Source of the DNA: the human T2T-CHM13v2.0 reference genome, Homo sapiens
NCBI RefSeq assembly: GCF_009914755.1
Contig: NC_060946.1
Reading direction: 5' to 3' (one strand)
Length of the DNA: 64,000 nt
The notes under the pieces were generated by a model, which saw only the letters and a list, made by a program, of their open reading frames with translations, was not told where the DNA came from and searched no databases. The position numbers were made by a program, and so were the translations under genes. This document shows positions 48,901-63,800 of this stretch, piece after piece (the first letter of the stretch is position 1; each line of letters opens with the position of its first letter).

Positions 48901-51900
48901 AATATATATTTTATACTATACATGAAATGTCAAAGTTCACAAACCATATATTGTATACTTTACATAAAATATCAAAGTACCCAAGGTATATATTCTATAC
49001 TGTACAAAACATATCAAAGTACCCAAAGCATGTATTATATACTGTACATAAAATATGAAAGTACATCAAGTATATATTTTATTGTGTACATAAAATATCA
49101 AAGTACACCAGATATATATTCTAAAGTGTACATAAAATATCAAAGTACCCAAACTATACATTATATACTGTACATAAAATATGAAATTACATCAAATATG
49201 TATTATATTAGGTACATAAAATATGAAAGTACATCAAATATAGATTATATACTGTACTTTAAATACCAAAGTACCCCAAATATATATTTTATACTGTACA
49301 TGAAATATCAAAGTTCACAAACTATATATTATATACTATACATAAAATATCAAAGTACCCAAGGTATATATTCTATACTGTACAAAAAATATCAAAGTAC
49401 CCAAAGCATGTATTATATACTGTACATAAAATATGAAAGTACATCAAATATATATTTTATTCTGTACATAAAATATCAAAGAACACCAGATATATATTCT
49501 ATAGTGTACATAAAATATCAAAGTACACAAACTATACATTATATACTGTACATAAAATATGAAATTACATCAAATATATATTAGGTACATAAAATATGAA
49601 AGTACATCAAATATAGATTATATACTGTACATAAAATATCAAAGTACCCCAAATATATATTATATACTCTACATGAAATATCAAAGTTCACAAACTATAT
49701 ATTATATACTGTACATAAAATAAAGTACCCAAGGTATATATTCTACACTGTTCAAAAAATATCAAACTACCCAAAGCATGTATTATATACTGTACATAAA
49801 ATATAAAAGTACATCAAATATATATTTTATTCTGTACATAAAATATCAAAGTACACCAGATATATATTCTATAGTGTACATAAAATATCAAAGTACCCAA
49901 ACTATACATTATATACTGTACATAAAATATGAAATTACATCAAATATATTTTATATTAGGTACATAAAATATGAAAGTACATCAAATATAGATTATATAC
50001 TGTACATTAAATACCAAAGTACCCCAAATATATATTTTATACTCTACATGAAATATCAAAGTTCACAAACTATATATTATATACTGTACATATAATATCA
50101 AAGTACCCAAGGTATATATTCTATACTGTACAAAAAATATCAAAGTACCCAAAGCATGTATTATATACTGTACATAAAATATGAAAGTACATCAAATATA
50201 TATTTTATTCTGTACATAATATATCAAAGTACACCAGATATATATTCTATAGTGTACACAAAATAACAAAGTACACAAACTATAAATTATATACTGTACA
50301 TAAAATATGAAATTACATCAAATATATTTTATATTAGGTACATAAAACATGAAAGTACATCAAATATAGATTATATACTGTACATAAAATATCAATGTAC
50401 CCCAAATATATATTTTATACTCTACATGAAATATCAAAGTTCACAAACGATATATTGTATACTGTACATAAAATATCAAAGTACCCAAGGTATATATTCT
50501 ATACTGTATAAAAAATATCAAAGTACCCAAAGCATGTATTATATACTGTACATAAAATATGAAAGTACATCAAATATATATTTTATTCTGTACATAAAAT
50601 ATCAAAGTACACCAGATAAATATTCTATAGTGTACATAAAATATCAAAGTACCCAAACTATACATTATATACTGCACATAAAATATGAAATTACATCAAA
50701 TATATTTTATATTAGGTACATAAAATATGAAAGTACATCAAATATAGATTATATACTGTACATTAAATACCAAAGTACCCCAAATATATATTTTATACTG
50801 TACATGAAATATCAAAGTTCACAAACTATATATTATATACTGTACATAAAATATCAAAGTACCCAAGGTATATATTCTATACTGTACAAAAAATAACAAA
50901 GTACCAAAAGCATGTATTATATACTGTACCTAAAATATGAAAGTACATCAAATATATATTTTATTCTGTACATAAAATATCAAAGTACACCAGATATATA
51001 TTCTATACTGTACATAAAATATCAAAGTACCCAAACTATACATTATATACTGTACATAAAATATGAAATTACATCAAATATATATTATATTAAGTACATA
51101 AAATATGAAAGTACATCAAATATAGATTATATACTGTACATAAAATATCAAAGTACCCCAAATATATATTATATACTCTACATGAAATATCAAAGTTCAC
51201 AAACTATATATTATATACTGTACATAAAATATCAAAGTACCCAAGGTATATATTCTATACCGTACAAAAAATGTCAAAGTACCCAAAGCATGTATTATAT
51301 ACTGTATATAAAATATGAAGGTACATTAAATATATATTTTATTCTGTACATAAAATATCAAAGTACACCAGATATATATTCTATAGTGTACATAAAATTA
51401 CAAAGTACACAAACTATAAATTATATACTGTACATAAAATATGAAATAACATCAAATATATATTAGGTACATAAAATATGAAAGTACATCAAATATAGAT
51501 TATATACTGTACATATAATATCAATGTACCCCAAATATATATTTTATACTCTACATGAAATATCAAAGTTCACAAACTATATATTATATACTATACATAA
51601 AATATCAAAGTACCCAAGGTATATATTCTATACTGTACAAAAAATATCAAAGTACCCAAAGCATGTATTATATACTGTACATAAAATATGAAAGTACATC
51701 AAATATATATTTTATTCTGTACATAAAATATCAAAGTACACCAGATATATATTCAATAGTGTACATAAAATAACAAAGTACACAAACTATAAATTACTGT
51801 ACATAAAATATGAAATTACATCAAATATATATTAGGTACATAAAATATGAACGTACATCAAATATAGATTATATACTGTACATAAAATATCAATGTACCC

Positions 51901-54900
51901 CAAATATATATTTTATACTCTACATGAAATAGCAAAGTTCACAAACCATATATTATATACTGTACATAAAATATCAAAGTACCCAAGGTATATGTTCTAT
52001 ACTGTACAAAAAATATCAAAGTACCCAAAGCATCTATTATATACTGTACATAAAATATGAAAGTACATCAAATATATATTTTATTCTGTACATAAAATAT
52101 CAAAGTACACCAGATATATATTCTATAGTGTACATAAAATATCAAATTACGCAAACTATACATTATATACTGTACATAAAATATGAAATTACATCAAATA
52201 TATATCATATTAGGTACATAAAATATGAAAGTACATCAAATATAGATTATATACTGTACATAAAATATCAAATTACCCCAAATATATATTAAATACTCTA
52301 CATGAAATATCAAAGTTCACAAACTATATATTATATACTGTACATAAAATATCAAAGTACCCAAGGTATATATTCTATACTGTACAAAAAATATGAAAGT
52401 ACCCAAAGCATGTATTATATACTGTATATAAAATATGAAAGTACATCAAATATATATTAGGTACATAAAATATGAAAGTACATCAAATATAGATTATATA
52501 CTGTACATAAAATATCAAAGTACCCCAAATATATTTTATATACTCTAAATGAAATATCAAAGTTCACAAACTATATATTATATACTGTACATAAAATATA
52601 AAAGTACCCAAGGTATATATTCTATACTGTACAAAAAATATCAAAGTACCCAAAGCATGTATTATATACTGTACATAAAATATGAAAGTACATCAAATAT
52701 ATATCTTATTCTGTACATAAAATATCAAAGTACACCAGATATATATTCTATAGTGTACATAAAATAACAAAGTACGCAAACTATACATTATATACTGTAC
52801 ATAAAATATGAAATTACATCAAATATATATTAGGTACATAAAATATGAAAGTACATCAAATATAGATTATATACTGTACATAAAATATCAAAGTACCCCA
52901 CATATATATTATATACTCTACATGAAATATCAAAGTTCACAAACTATATATGATATACTGTACATAAAATATCAAAGTACCCAAGGTATATATTCTATAC
53001 TATACAAAAAATATCAAAGTACCCAAAGCATGTATTATATACTGTATATAAAATATGAAAGTACATCAAATATATATTAGGTACATAAAATATGAAAGTA
53101 CATCAAATATAGATTATATACTGTACATAAAATATCAAAGTACCCCAAATATATATTATAAACTCTACATGAAATATCAAAGTTCACAAACTATATATTA
53201 TATACTGTACATAAAATATCAAAGTACCCAAGGTATATATTCTATACTGTACAAAAAATATCAAAGTACCCAAAGCATGTATTATATACTGTACATAAAA
53301 TATGAAAGTACATCAAATATATATTTTATTCTGTACATAAAATATCAAAGTACACCAGATATATATTCTATAGTGTACATAAAATATCAAAGTACCCAAA
53401 CTATACATTATATACTGTACATAAAATATGAAATTACATAAAATATAATTTATATTAGGTACATAAATTATGAAAGTACATCAAATATAGATTATATACT
53501 GTACATTAAATACCAAAGTACCCCAAATATATATTTTATACTGTACATGAAATATCAAAGTTCACAAACTATATATTATATACTGTACATAAAATATCAA
53601 AGTACCCAAGGTATATATTCTGTACTGTACAAAAAACATCAAAGTACCCAAAGCATGTATTATATACTGTACATAAAATATGAAAGTACATCAAATATAT
53701 ATTTTATTCTGTACATAATATATCAAAGTACACCAGATATAAATTCTATAGTGTACATAAAATAATAAAGTACACAAACTATAAATTATATACTGTACAT
53801 AAAATATGAAATTACATCAAATATATATTAGGTACATAAAATATGAAAGTACATCAAATATAGATTATATACTGTACATAAAATATCAATGTACCCCAAA
53901 TATATATTTTATACTATACATGAAATGTCAAAGTTCACAAACCATATATTGTATACTTTACATAAAATATCAAAGTACCCAAGGTATATATTCTATACTG
54001 TACAAAACATATCAAAGTACCCAAAGCATGTATTATATACTGTACATAAAATATGAAAGTACATCAAGTATATATTTTATTGTGTACATAAAATATCAAA
54101 GTACACCAGATATATATTCTAAAGTGTACATAAAATATCAAAGAACACCAGATATATATTCTATAGTGTACATAAAATATCAAAGTACACAAACTATACA
54201 TTATATACTGTACATAAAATATGAAATTACATCAAATATATATTAGGTACATAAAATATGAAAGTACATCAAATATAGATTATATACTGTACATAAAATA
54301 TCAAAGTACCCCAAATATATATTATATACTCTACATGAAATATCAAAGTTCACAAACTATATATTATATACTGTACATAAAATAAAGTACCCAAGGTATA
54401 TATTCTATACTGTTCAAAAAATATCAAAGTACCCACAGCATGTATTATATACTGTACATAAAATATAAAAGTACATCAAATATATATTTTATTCTGTACA
54501 TAAAATATCAAAGTACACCAGATATATATTCTATAGTGTACATAAAATATCAAAGTACCCAAACTATACATTATATACTGTACATAAAATATGAAATTAC
54601 ATCAAATATATTTTATATTAGGTACATAAAATATGAAAGTACATCAAATATAGATTATATACTATACATTAAATACCAAAGTACCCCAAATATATATTTT
54701 ATACTCTACATGAAATATCAAAGTTCACAAACTATATATTATATACTGTACATATAATATCAAAGTACCCAAGGTATATATTCTATACTGTACAAAAAAT
54801 ATCAAAGTACCCAAAGCATGTATTATATACTGTACATAAAATATGAAAGTACATCAAATATATATTTTATTCTGTACATAATATATCAAAGTACACCAGA

Positions 54901-57900
54901 TATATATTCTATAGTGTACATAAAATAACAAAGTACACAAACTATAAATTATATACTGTACATAAAATATGAAATTACATCAAATATATTTTATATTAGG
55001 TACATAAAATATGAAAGTACATCAAATATAGATTATATACTGTACATAAAATATCAATGTACCCCAAATATATATTTTATACTCTACATGAAATATCAAA
55101 GTTCACAAACCATATATTGTATACTGTACATAAAATATCAAAGTACCCAAGGTATATATTCTATACTGTATAAAAAATATCAAAGTACCCAAAGCATGTA
55201 TTATATACTGTACATAAAATATGAAAGTACATCAAATATATATTTTATTCTGTACATAAAATATCAAAGTACACCAGATAAATATTCTATAGTGTACATA
55301 AAATATCAAAGTACCCAAACTATACATTATATACTGCACATAAAATATGAAATTACATCAAATATATTTTATATTAGGTACATAAAATATGAAAGTACAT
55401 CAAATATAGATTATATACTGTACATTAAATACCAAAGTACCCCAAATATATATTTTATACTGTACATGAAATATCAAAGTTCACAAACTATATATTATAT
55501 ACTGTACATAAAATATCAAAGTACCCAAGGTATATATTCTATACTGTACAAAAAATAACAAAGTACCAAAAGCATGTATTATATACTGTACCTAAAATAT
55601 GAAAGTACATCAAATATATATTTTATTCTGTACATAAAATATCAAAGTACACCAGATATATATTCTATACTGTACATAAAATATCAAAGTACCCAAACTA
55701 TACATTTTATACTGTACATAAAATATGAAATTACATCAAATATATATTATATTAGGTACATAAAATATGAAAGTACATCAAATATAGATTATATACTGTA
55801 CATAAAATATCAAAGTACCCCAAATATATATTATATACTCTACATGAAATATCAAAGTTCACAAACTATATATTATATACTGTACATAAAATATCAAAGT
55901 ACCCAAGGTATATATTCTATACCGTACAAAAAATGTCTAAGTACCCAAAGCATGTATTATATACTGTATATAAAATATGAAGGTACATTAAATATATATT
56001 TTATTCTGTACATAAAATATCAAAGTACACCAGATATATATTCTATAGTGTACATAAAATTACAAAGTACACAAACTATAAATTATATACTGTACATAAA
56101 ATATGAAATAACATCAAATATATATTAGGTACATAAAATATGAAAGTACATCAAATATAGATTATATACTGTACATATAATATCAATGTACCCCAAATAT
56201 ATATTTTATACTCTACATGAAATAGCAAAGTTCACAAACCATATATTATATACTGTACATAAAATATCAAAGTACCCAAGGTATATGTTCTATACTGTAC
56301 AAAAAATATCAAAGTACCCAAAGCATCTATTATATACTGTACATAAAATATGAAAGTACATCAAATATATATTTTATTCTGTACATAAAATATCAAAGTA
56401 CACCAGATATATATTCTATAGTGTACATAAAATATCAAATTACGCAAACTATACATTATATACTGTACATAAAATATGAAATTACATCAAATATATATCA
56501 TATTAGGTACATAAAATATGAAAGTACATCAAATATAGATTATATACTGTACATAAAATATCAAATTACCCCAAATATATATTAAATACTCTACATGAAA
56601 TATCAAAGTTCACAAACTATATATTATATACTGTACATAAAATATCAAAGTACCCAAGGTATATATTCTATACTGTACAAAAAATATGAAAGTACCCAAA
56701 GCATGTATTATATACTGTATATAAAATATGAAAGTACATCAAATATATATTAGGTACATAAAATATGAAAGTACATCAAATATAGATTATATACTGTACA
56801 TAAAATATCAAAGTACCCCAAATATATTTTATATACTCTACATGAAATATCAAAGTTCACAAACTATATATTATATACTGTACATAAAATATAAAAGTAC
56901 CCAAGGTATATATTCTATACTGTACAAAAAATATCAAAGTACCCAAAGCATGTATTATATACTGTACATAAAATATGAAAGTACATCAAATATATATCTT
57001 ATTCTGTACATAAAATATCAAAGTACACCAGATATATATTCTATAGTGTACATAAAATAACAAAGTACACAAACTATACATTATATACTGTACATAAAAT
57101 ATGAAATTACATCAAATATATATTAGGTACATAAAATATGAAAGTACATCAAATATAGATTATATACTGTACATAAAATATCAAAGTACCCCACATATAT
57201 ATTATATACTCTACATGAAATATCAAAGTTCACAAACTATATATGATATACTGTACATAAAATATCAAAGTACCCAAGGTATATATTCTATACTATACAA
57301 AAAATATCAAAGTACCCAAAGCATGTATTATATACTGTATATAAAATATGAAAGTACATCAAATATATATTAGGTACATAAAATATGAAAGTACATCAAA
57401 TATAGATTATATACTGTACATAAAATATCAAAGTACCCCAAATATATATTATAAACTCTACATGAAATATCAAAGTTCACAAACTATATATTATATACTG
57501 TACATAATATATAAAAGTACCCAAGGTATATATTCTATACTGTACAAAAAATATCAAAGTACCCAAAGCATGTATTATATACTGTACATAAAATATGAAA
57601 GTACATCAAATATATATTTTATTCTGTACATAAAATATCAAAGTACACCAGATATATATTCTATAGTGTACATAAAATAACAAAGTACACAAACTATACA
57701 TTATATACTGTACATAAAATATGAAATTACATCAAATATATATTAGGTACATAAAATATGAAAGTACATCAAATATAGATTATATACTGTACATAAAATA
57801 TCAAAGTACCCCAAATATATATTATATACTCTACATGAAATATCAAAGTTCACAAACTATATATTATATACTGTACATAAAATATCAAAGTACCCAAGGT

Positions 57901-60800
57901 ATATATTCTATACTGTACAAAAAATATCAAAGTACCCAAAGCATGTATTATATACTGTATATAAAATATGAAAGTACATCAAATATATATTTTATTCTGC
58001 ACAAAAAATATCAAAATACTCCAGATATATATTCTATAGTGTACATAAAATAACAAAGTACACAAACTATATATTATATACTGTACATAAAATATGAAAT
58101 TACATCAAATATATATTAGGTACATAAAATATGAAAGTACATCAAATATAGATTATATACTGTACATATAATATCAATGTACCCGAAATATATATTTTAT
58201 ACTCTACATGAAATATCAAAGTTCACAAACCATATATTATATAGTGTACATAAAATATCAAAGTACCCAAGGTATATATTCTATACTGTACAAAAAATAT
58301 CAAAGTACCCAAAGCATGTATTATATAGTGTACATAAAATATGAAAGTACATCAAATATATATTTTATTCTGTACATAAAATATCAAAGTACACCAGATA
58401 TATATTCTATAGTGTACATAAAATATCAAAGTACTCAAACTATACATCATATACTGTACATAAAATATGAAATTACATCAAATATATATTAGGTACATAA
58501 AATATGAAAGTACATCAAATATAGATTATATACTGTACATAATATATCAATGTACCCCAAATATATATTTTATACTCTACATGAAATATCAAAGTACCCA
58601 CGGTATATATTCTATACTGTACAAAAAATATCAAAGTACCCAAAGCATGTATTATATACTGTACATAAAATATGAAAGTACATCAAATATATATTTTATT
58701 CTGTACATAAAATATCAAAGTACACCAGATATATATTCCATAGTGTACATAAAATATCAAAGTATCCAAACTATACATTATATACTGTACATAAAATATG
58801 AAATTACATCAAATATATATTATATTAGGTACATAAAATATGAAAGTACATCAAATATAGATTATATACTGTACATTAAATACCAAAGTACCCCAAATAT
58901 ATATTTTATACTGTACATGAAATATCAAAGTTCACAAACTATATATTATATACTGTACATAAAATATCAAAGTACCCAAGGTATATATTCTATACTGTAC
59001 AAAAAATATCAAAGTACCCAAAGCATGTATTATATACTGTACATAAAATATGAAATTACATCAAATATATATTTTATACTGTACATAAAATACCAAAGTA
59101 TACCAGATATATATTCTATAGTGTACATAAAATATCAAAGTACCCAAACTATGCATTATATACTGTACATAAAATATGAAATTACATCAAATATATATTA
59201 GGTACATAAAATATGAAAGTACATCAAATATAGATTATATACTGTACATAAAATATCAAAGTGCCCCAAATATATATTATATACTCTACATGAAATATTA
59301 AAGTTCACAAACCATATATTATATACTGTTCATAAAATATCAAAGTACCCAAGGTATATATTCTATACTGTACAAAAAATATCAAAGTACCCAAAGCATG
59401 TATTATATACTGTACATAAAATATGAAAGTACATCAAATATATATTTTATTCTGTACATAAAATATCAAAGTACACCAGATATATATTCTATAGTGTACA
59501 TAAAATATCAAAGTATCCAAACTATACATTATATACTGTACATAAAATATGAAATTACATCAAATATATATTATATTAGGTACATAAAATATGAAAGTAC
59601 ATCAAATATAGATTATATACTGTACATTAAATACCAAAGTACCCCAAATATATATTTTATACTGTACATGAAATATCAAAGTTCACAAACTATATATTAT
59701 ATACTGTACATAAAATATCAAAGTACCCAAAGTATATATTCTATACTGTACAAAAAATATCAAATTTCCCAAACCATGTATTATATACTGTACATAAAAT
59801 ATGAAATTACATCAAATATATATTTTATTCTGTATATAAAATATCAAAGTACACCAGATATATATTCTATACTGTACATAAAATAACAAAGTACACAAAC
59901 TATAAATTATATACTGTACACAAAATATGAAATTACATCAAATATATATTTTGTACATAAAATATGAAAGTACATCAAATATAGATTATATACTGTACAT
60001 AAAATATCAATGTACCCCAAATATATATTTTATACTCTACATGAAATATCAAAGTTCACAAACCATATATTATATACTGTTCATAAAATATCAAAGTACC
60101 CAAGGTATATATTCTATACTGTACAAAAAATATCAAAGTACCCAAAGCATGTATTATATACTGTACATAAAATATGAAAGTACAATTATATATTTTATTC
60201 TATACATAAAATATCAAAGTACACCAGATATATATTCTATAGTGTACATAAAATAACAAAGTACCCAAACTATACATTATATACTGTACATAAAATATGA
60301 AATTACATCAAATATATATTAGGTACATAAAATATGAAAGTACATCAAATATAGATTATATACTGTACATTAAATACCAAAGTACCCCAAATATATATTT
60401 TATACTGTAAATGAAATATCAAAATTCACAAAATATATATTATATACTATACATAAAATATCAAAGTACCCAAGGTATATATTGTATACTGTACAAAAAA
60501 TATCAAAGTACCCAAAGCATGTATTATATACTGTACATAAAATATGAAAGTACATCAAGTATATATTTTATTCTGTACATAAAATATCAAAGTACACCAG
60601 ATGTATATTCTATACTGTACATAAAATAACAAAGTACACAAACTATAAATTATATACTGTACATAAAATATGAAATTACATCAAATATATATTAGGTACA
60701 TAAAATATGAAAGTACATCAAATATAGATTATATACTCTACTAAAAATATCAATGTACCCCAAATATATATTTTATACTCTACATGAAATATCAAAGTTC
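18931..60800 (+). repeat. HSat1A subfamily-A domain 2 with multiple segmental duplications and truncated HORs
   Basis: ATTCTATAGTG, the 373-bp deletion unit (first at ~19100) and CATTAAATACC units return. Duplicated blocks are visible as near-identical ORF translations, e.g. 19682/21893/23395, 48549/53547 and 50426/55088. Confidence 0.8.
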
Positions 60801-63800
60801 ACAAACCATATATTATATACTCTACATAAAATATCAAAATGCACAAGGTATATATTCTATACTGTACAAAAAATATCAAAGTACCCAAAGCATGTATTAT
60901 ATGCTGTACATAATATATGAAACTACATCAAATATATATTTTATTCTGTACATAAAATATCAAAGTACACCAAATACATATTCTATACTGTACATAAAAT
61001 ATCAAAGTACCCAAACTATACATTATATACTGTACATAAAATATGAAATTACATCAAATATATATTATATTAGGTACATAAAATATGAAAGTACATCAAA
61101 TATAGATTATATACTGTACATAAAATACCAAAGTACCCCAAATATATATTTTATACTGTACATGAAATATCAAACTTCACAAACTATATATTATATACTG
61201 TACATAAAATATCAAAGTACCCAAGGTATATATTCTATACTGTACAGAAAATATCAAAGTACCCAAAGCATGTATTATATACTGTACATAAAATATGAAA
61301 GTACATCAAATATATATTTTATTCTGTACATAAAATATCAAAGTACACGCAATATATATTCTATACTGTACATAAAATATAAAAGTACCCAAACTATACA
61401 TTACATCCTTTACATAAAAGATGAGATTACATCAAAATTATATTATATTGGGTACGTAAAATATGAAAGTACATCAAATATAGATTATATACTGTACATA
61501 AAATACCAAAGTACGCCAAATATATATTTTATACTGTACATGAAATATCAAAGTTCTCAAACTATATATTATATACTGTACATAAAATATCAAAGTACCC
61601 AAGGTATATATTCTATACTGTACAAAAAATATCAAAGTACCCAAAGCATGTATTATATGCTGTACATAAAATATGAAAGTACATCAAATATATATTTTAT
61701 TCTGTACATAAAATATCAAAGTACACCAAATATATATTCTATACTGTACATAAAATATCAAAGTACCCAAAGTATACAGTATATACTGTACATAAAATAT
61801 GAAATTACATCAAATACATATTATATTAGGTACATAAAATATGAAAGTACATCAAATATAGATTATATACTGTACATAAAATATCAAAGTACCCAAATAT
61901 ATATTATATACTGTACATGAAATATCAAAGTTCACAAACTATATAGTATATACTGTACATAAAATATCAATGTACCCAAGGTATATATTCTATACTGTAC
62001 AAAAAATATCAAAGTACCCAAAGCATGTGTTATATACTGTACATAAAATATGAAAGTACATCAAATATATATTTTATTCTGTACATAAAATATCAAAGTA
62101 CACCAGATGTATATTTTATAGTGTACATAAAATATCAAAGTACCCAAACTATACATTACATACTGTACATAAAATATGAAATTACATCAAATATATATTA
62201 TATTAGGAACATAAAATATGAAAGTACATCAAATATAGATTATATACCGTACATAAAATATCAAAGTACCCCAAATATATATTTTATACTGTACATGAAA
62301 TATCAAAGTTCACAAACTATATATTATATACTGTACATAAAATATCAATGTACCCAAGGTATACATTCTATAGTGTACAAAAAATATCAAAGTACCCAAA
62401 GCATGTATTATATACTGTACATAAAATATGAAAGTACATCAAATATATATTTTATTCTGTACATAAAATATCAAAGTACACGCAATATATATTCTATACT
62501 GTACATAAAATATAAAAGTACCCAAACTATACATTACATCCTTTACATAAAAGATGAGATTACATCAAAAATATATTATATTAGGTAATTAAAATATGAA
62601 AGTACATCAAATATAGATTATATGCTGTACATAAAATACCAAAGTACCCCAAATATATATTTTATACTGTACATGAAATATCAAAGTTCTCAAACTATAT
62701 ATTATATACTGTAGAAAAAATATCAAAGTACCCAAAGCAAGTATTATATACTGTACATAAAAGATGAAAGTACATCAAATATATATTTTATTCTGTACAT
62801 AAAATATCAAAGTACACCAGATATATATTTTATAGTGTACATAAAATATCAAGGTACCCAAACTATACATTATATACTGTACATAAAATCTGAAATTACA
62901 TCAAATATATATTATATTAGGTCCCTAAAATATGAAAGTACATCAAATATAGATTATTAAGTGTACATAAAATATCAAAGAAACCCAAATATATATTATA
63001 TACTGTACATGAAATATCAAAGTTCACAAACTATATATTATATACTGTACATAAAATATCAAAGTACCCAAGGTATATATTCTATACTGTACAAAAAATA
63101 TCAAAGTACCCAAAGCATGTATTATATACTGTACATAAAATATGAAAGTACATCAAATATATATTTGATTCTGTACATAAAATAACAAAGTACACCAGAT
63201 ATATATTTTATAGTGTACATAAAATATCAAAGTACCCAAACTATACATTATATGCTGTACATAAACTATGAAATTACATCAAATATATATTATATTAGGA
63301 ACATTAAATATGAAAGTACATCAAATATAGATTATTAACTGTACATAAAATGTCAAAGAACCCAAAATATATATTATATACTGTACATGAGATATCAAAC
63401 TTCACAAACTATATATTATATACTGTACATAAAATATCAAAGTACCCAAGGTATATATTCTATACTGTACAAAAAATATCAAAGTACCCAAAGCATGTAT
63501 TATATACTGTACATAAAAGATGAAAGTACATCAAATATATATTTTCTTCTGTACATAAAATATCAAAGTACACCAGATATATATTTTATAGTGTACATAA
63601 AATATCAAAGTACCCAAACTATACATTATATACTGTACATAAAATATGAAATTACATCATATATATATTATATTAGGTACATAAAATATGAAAGTACATC
63701 AAATATAGATTATATACTGTACATAAAATATAAAAGTACCCCAAATATATATTATATACTGTACATGAAATATCAAAACACACAAACTATATATTATATA

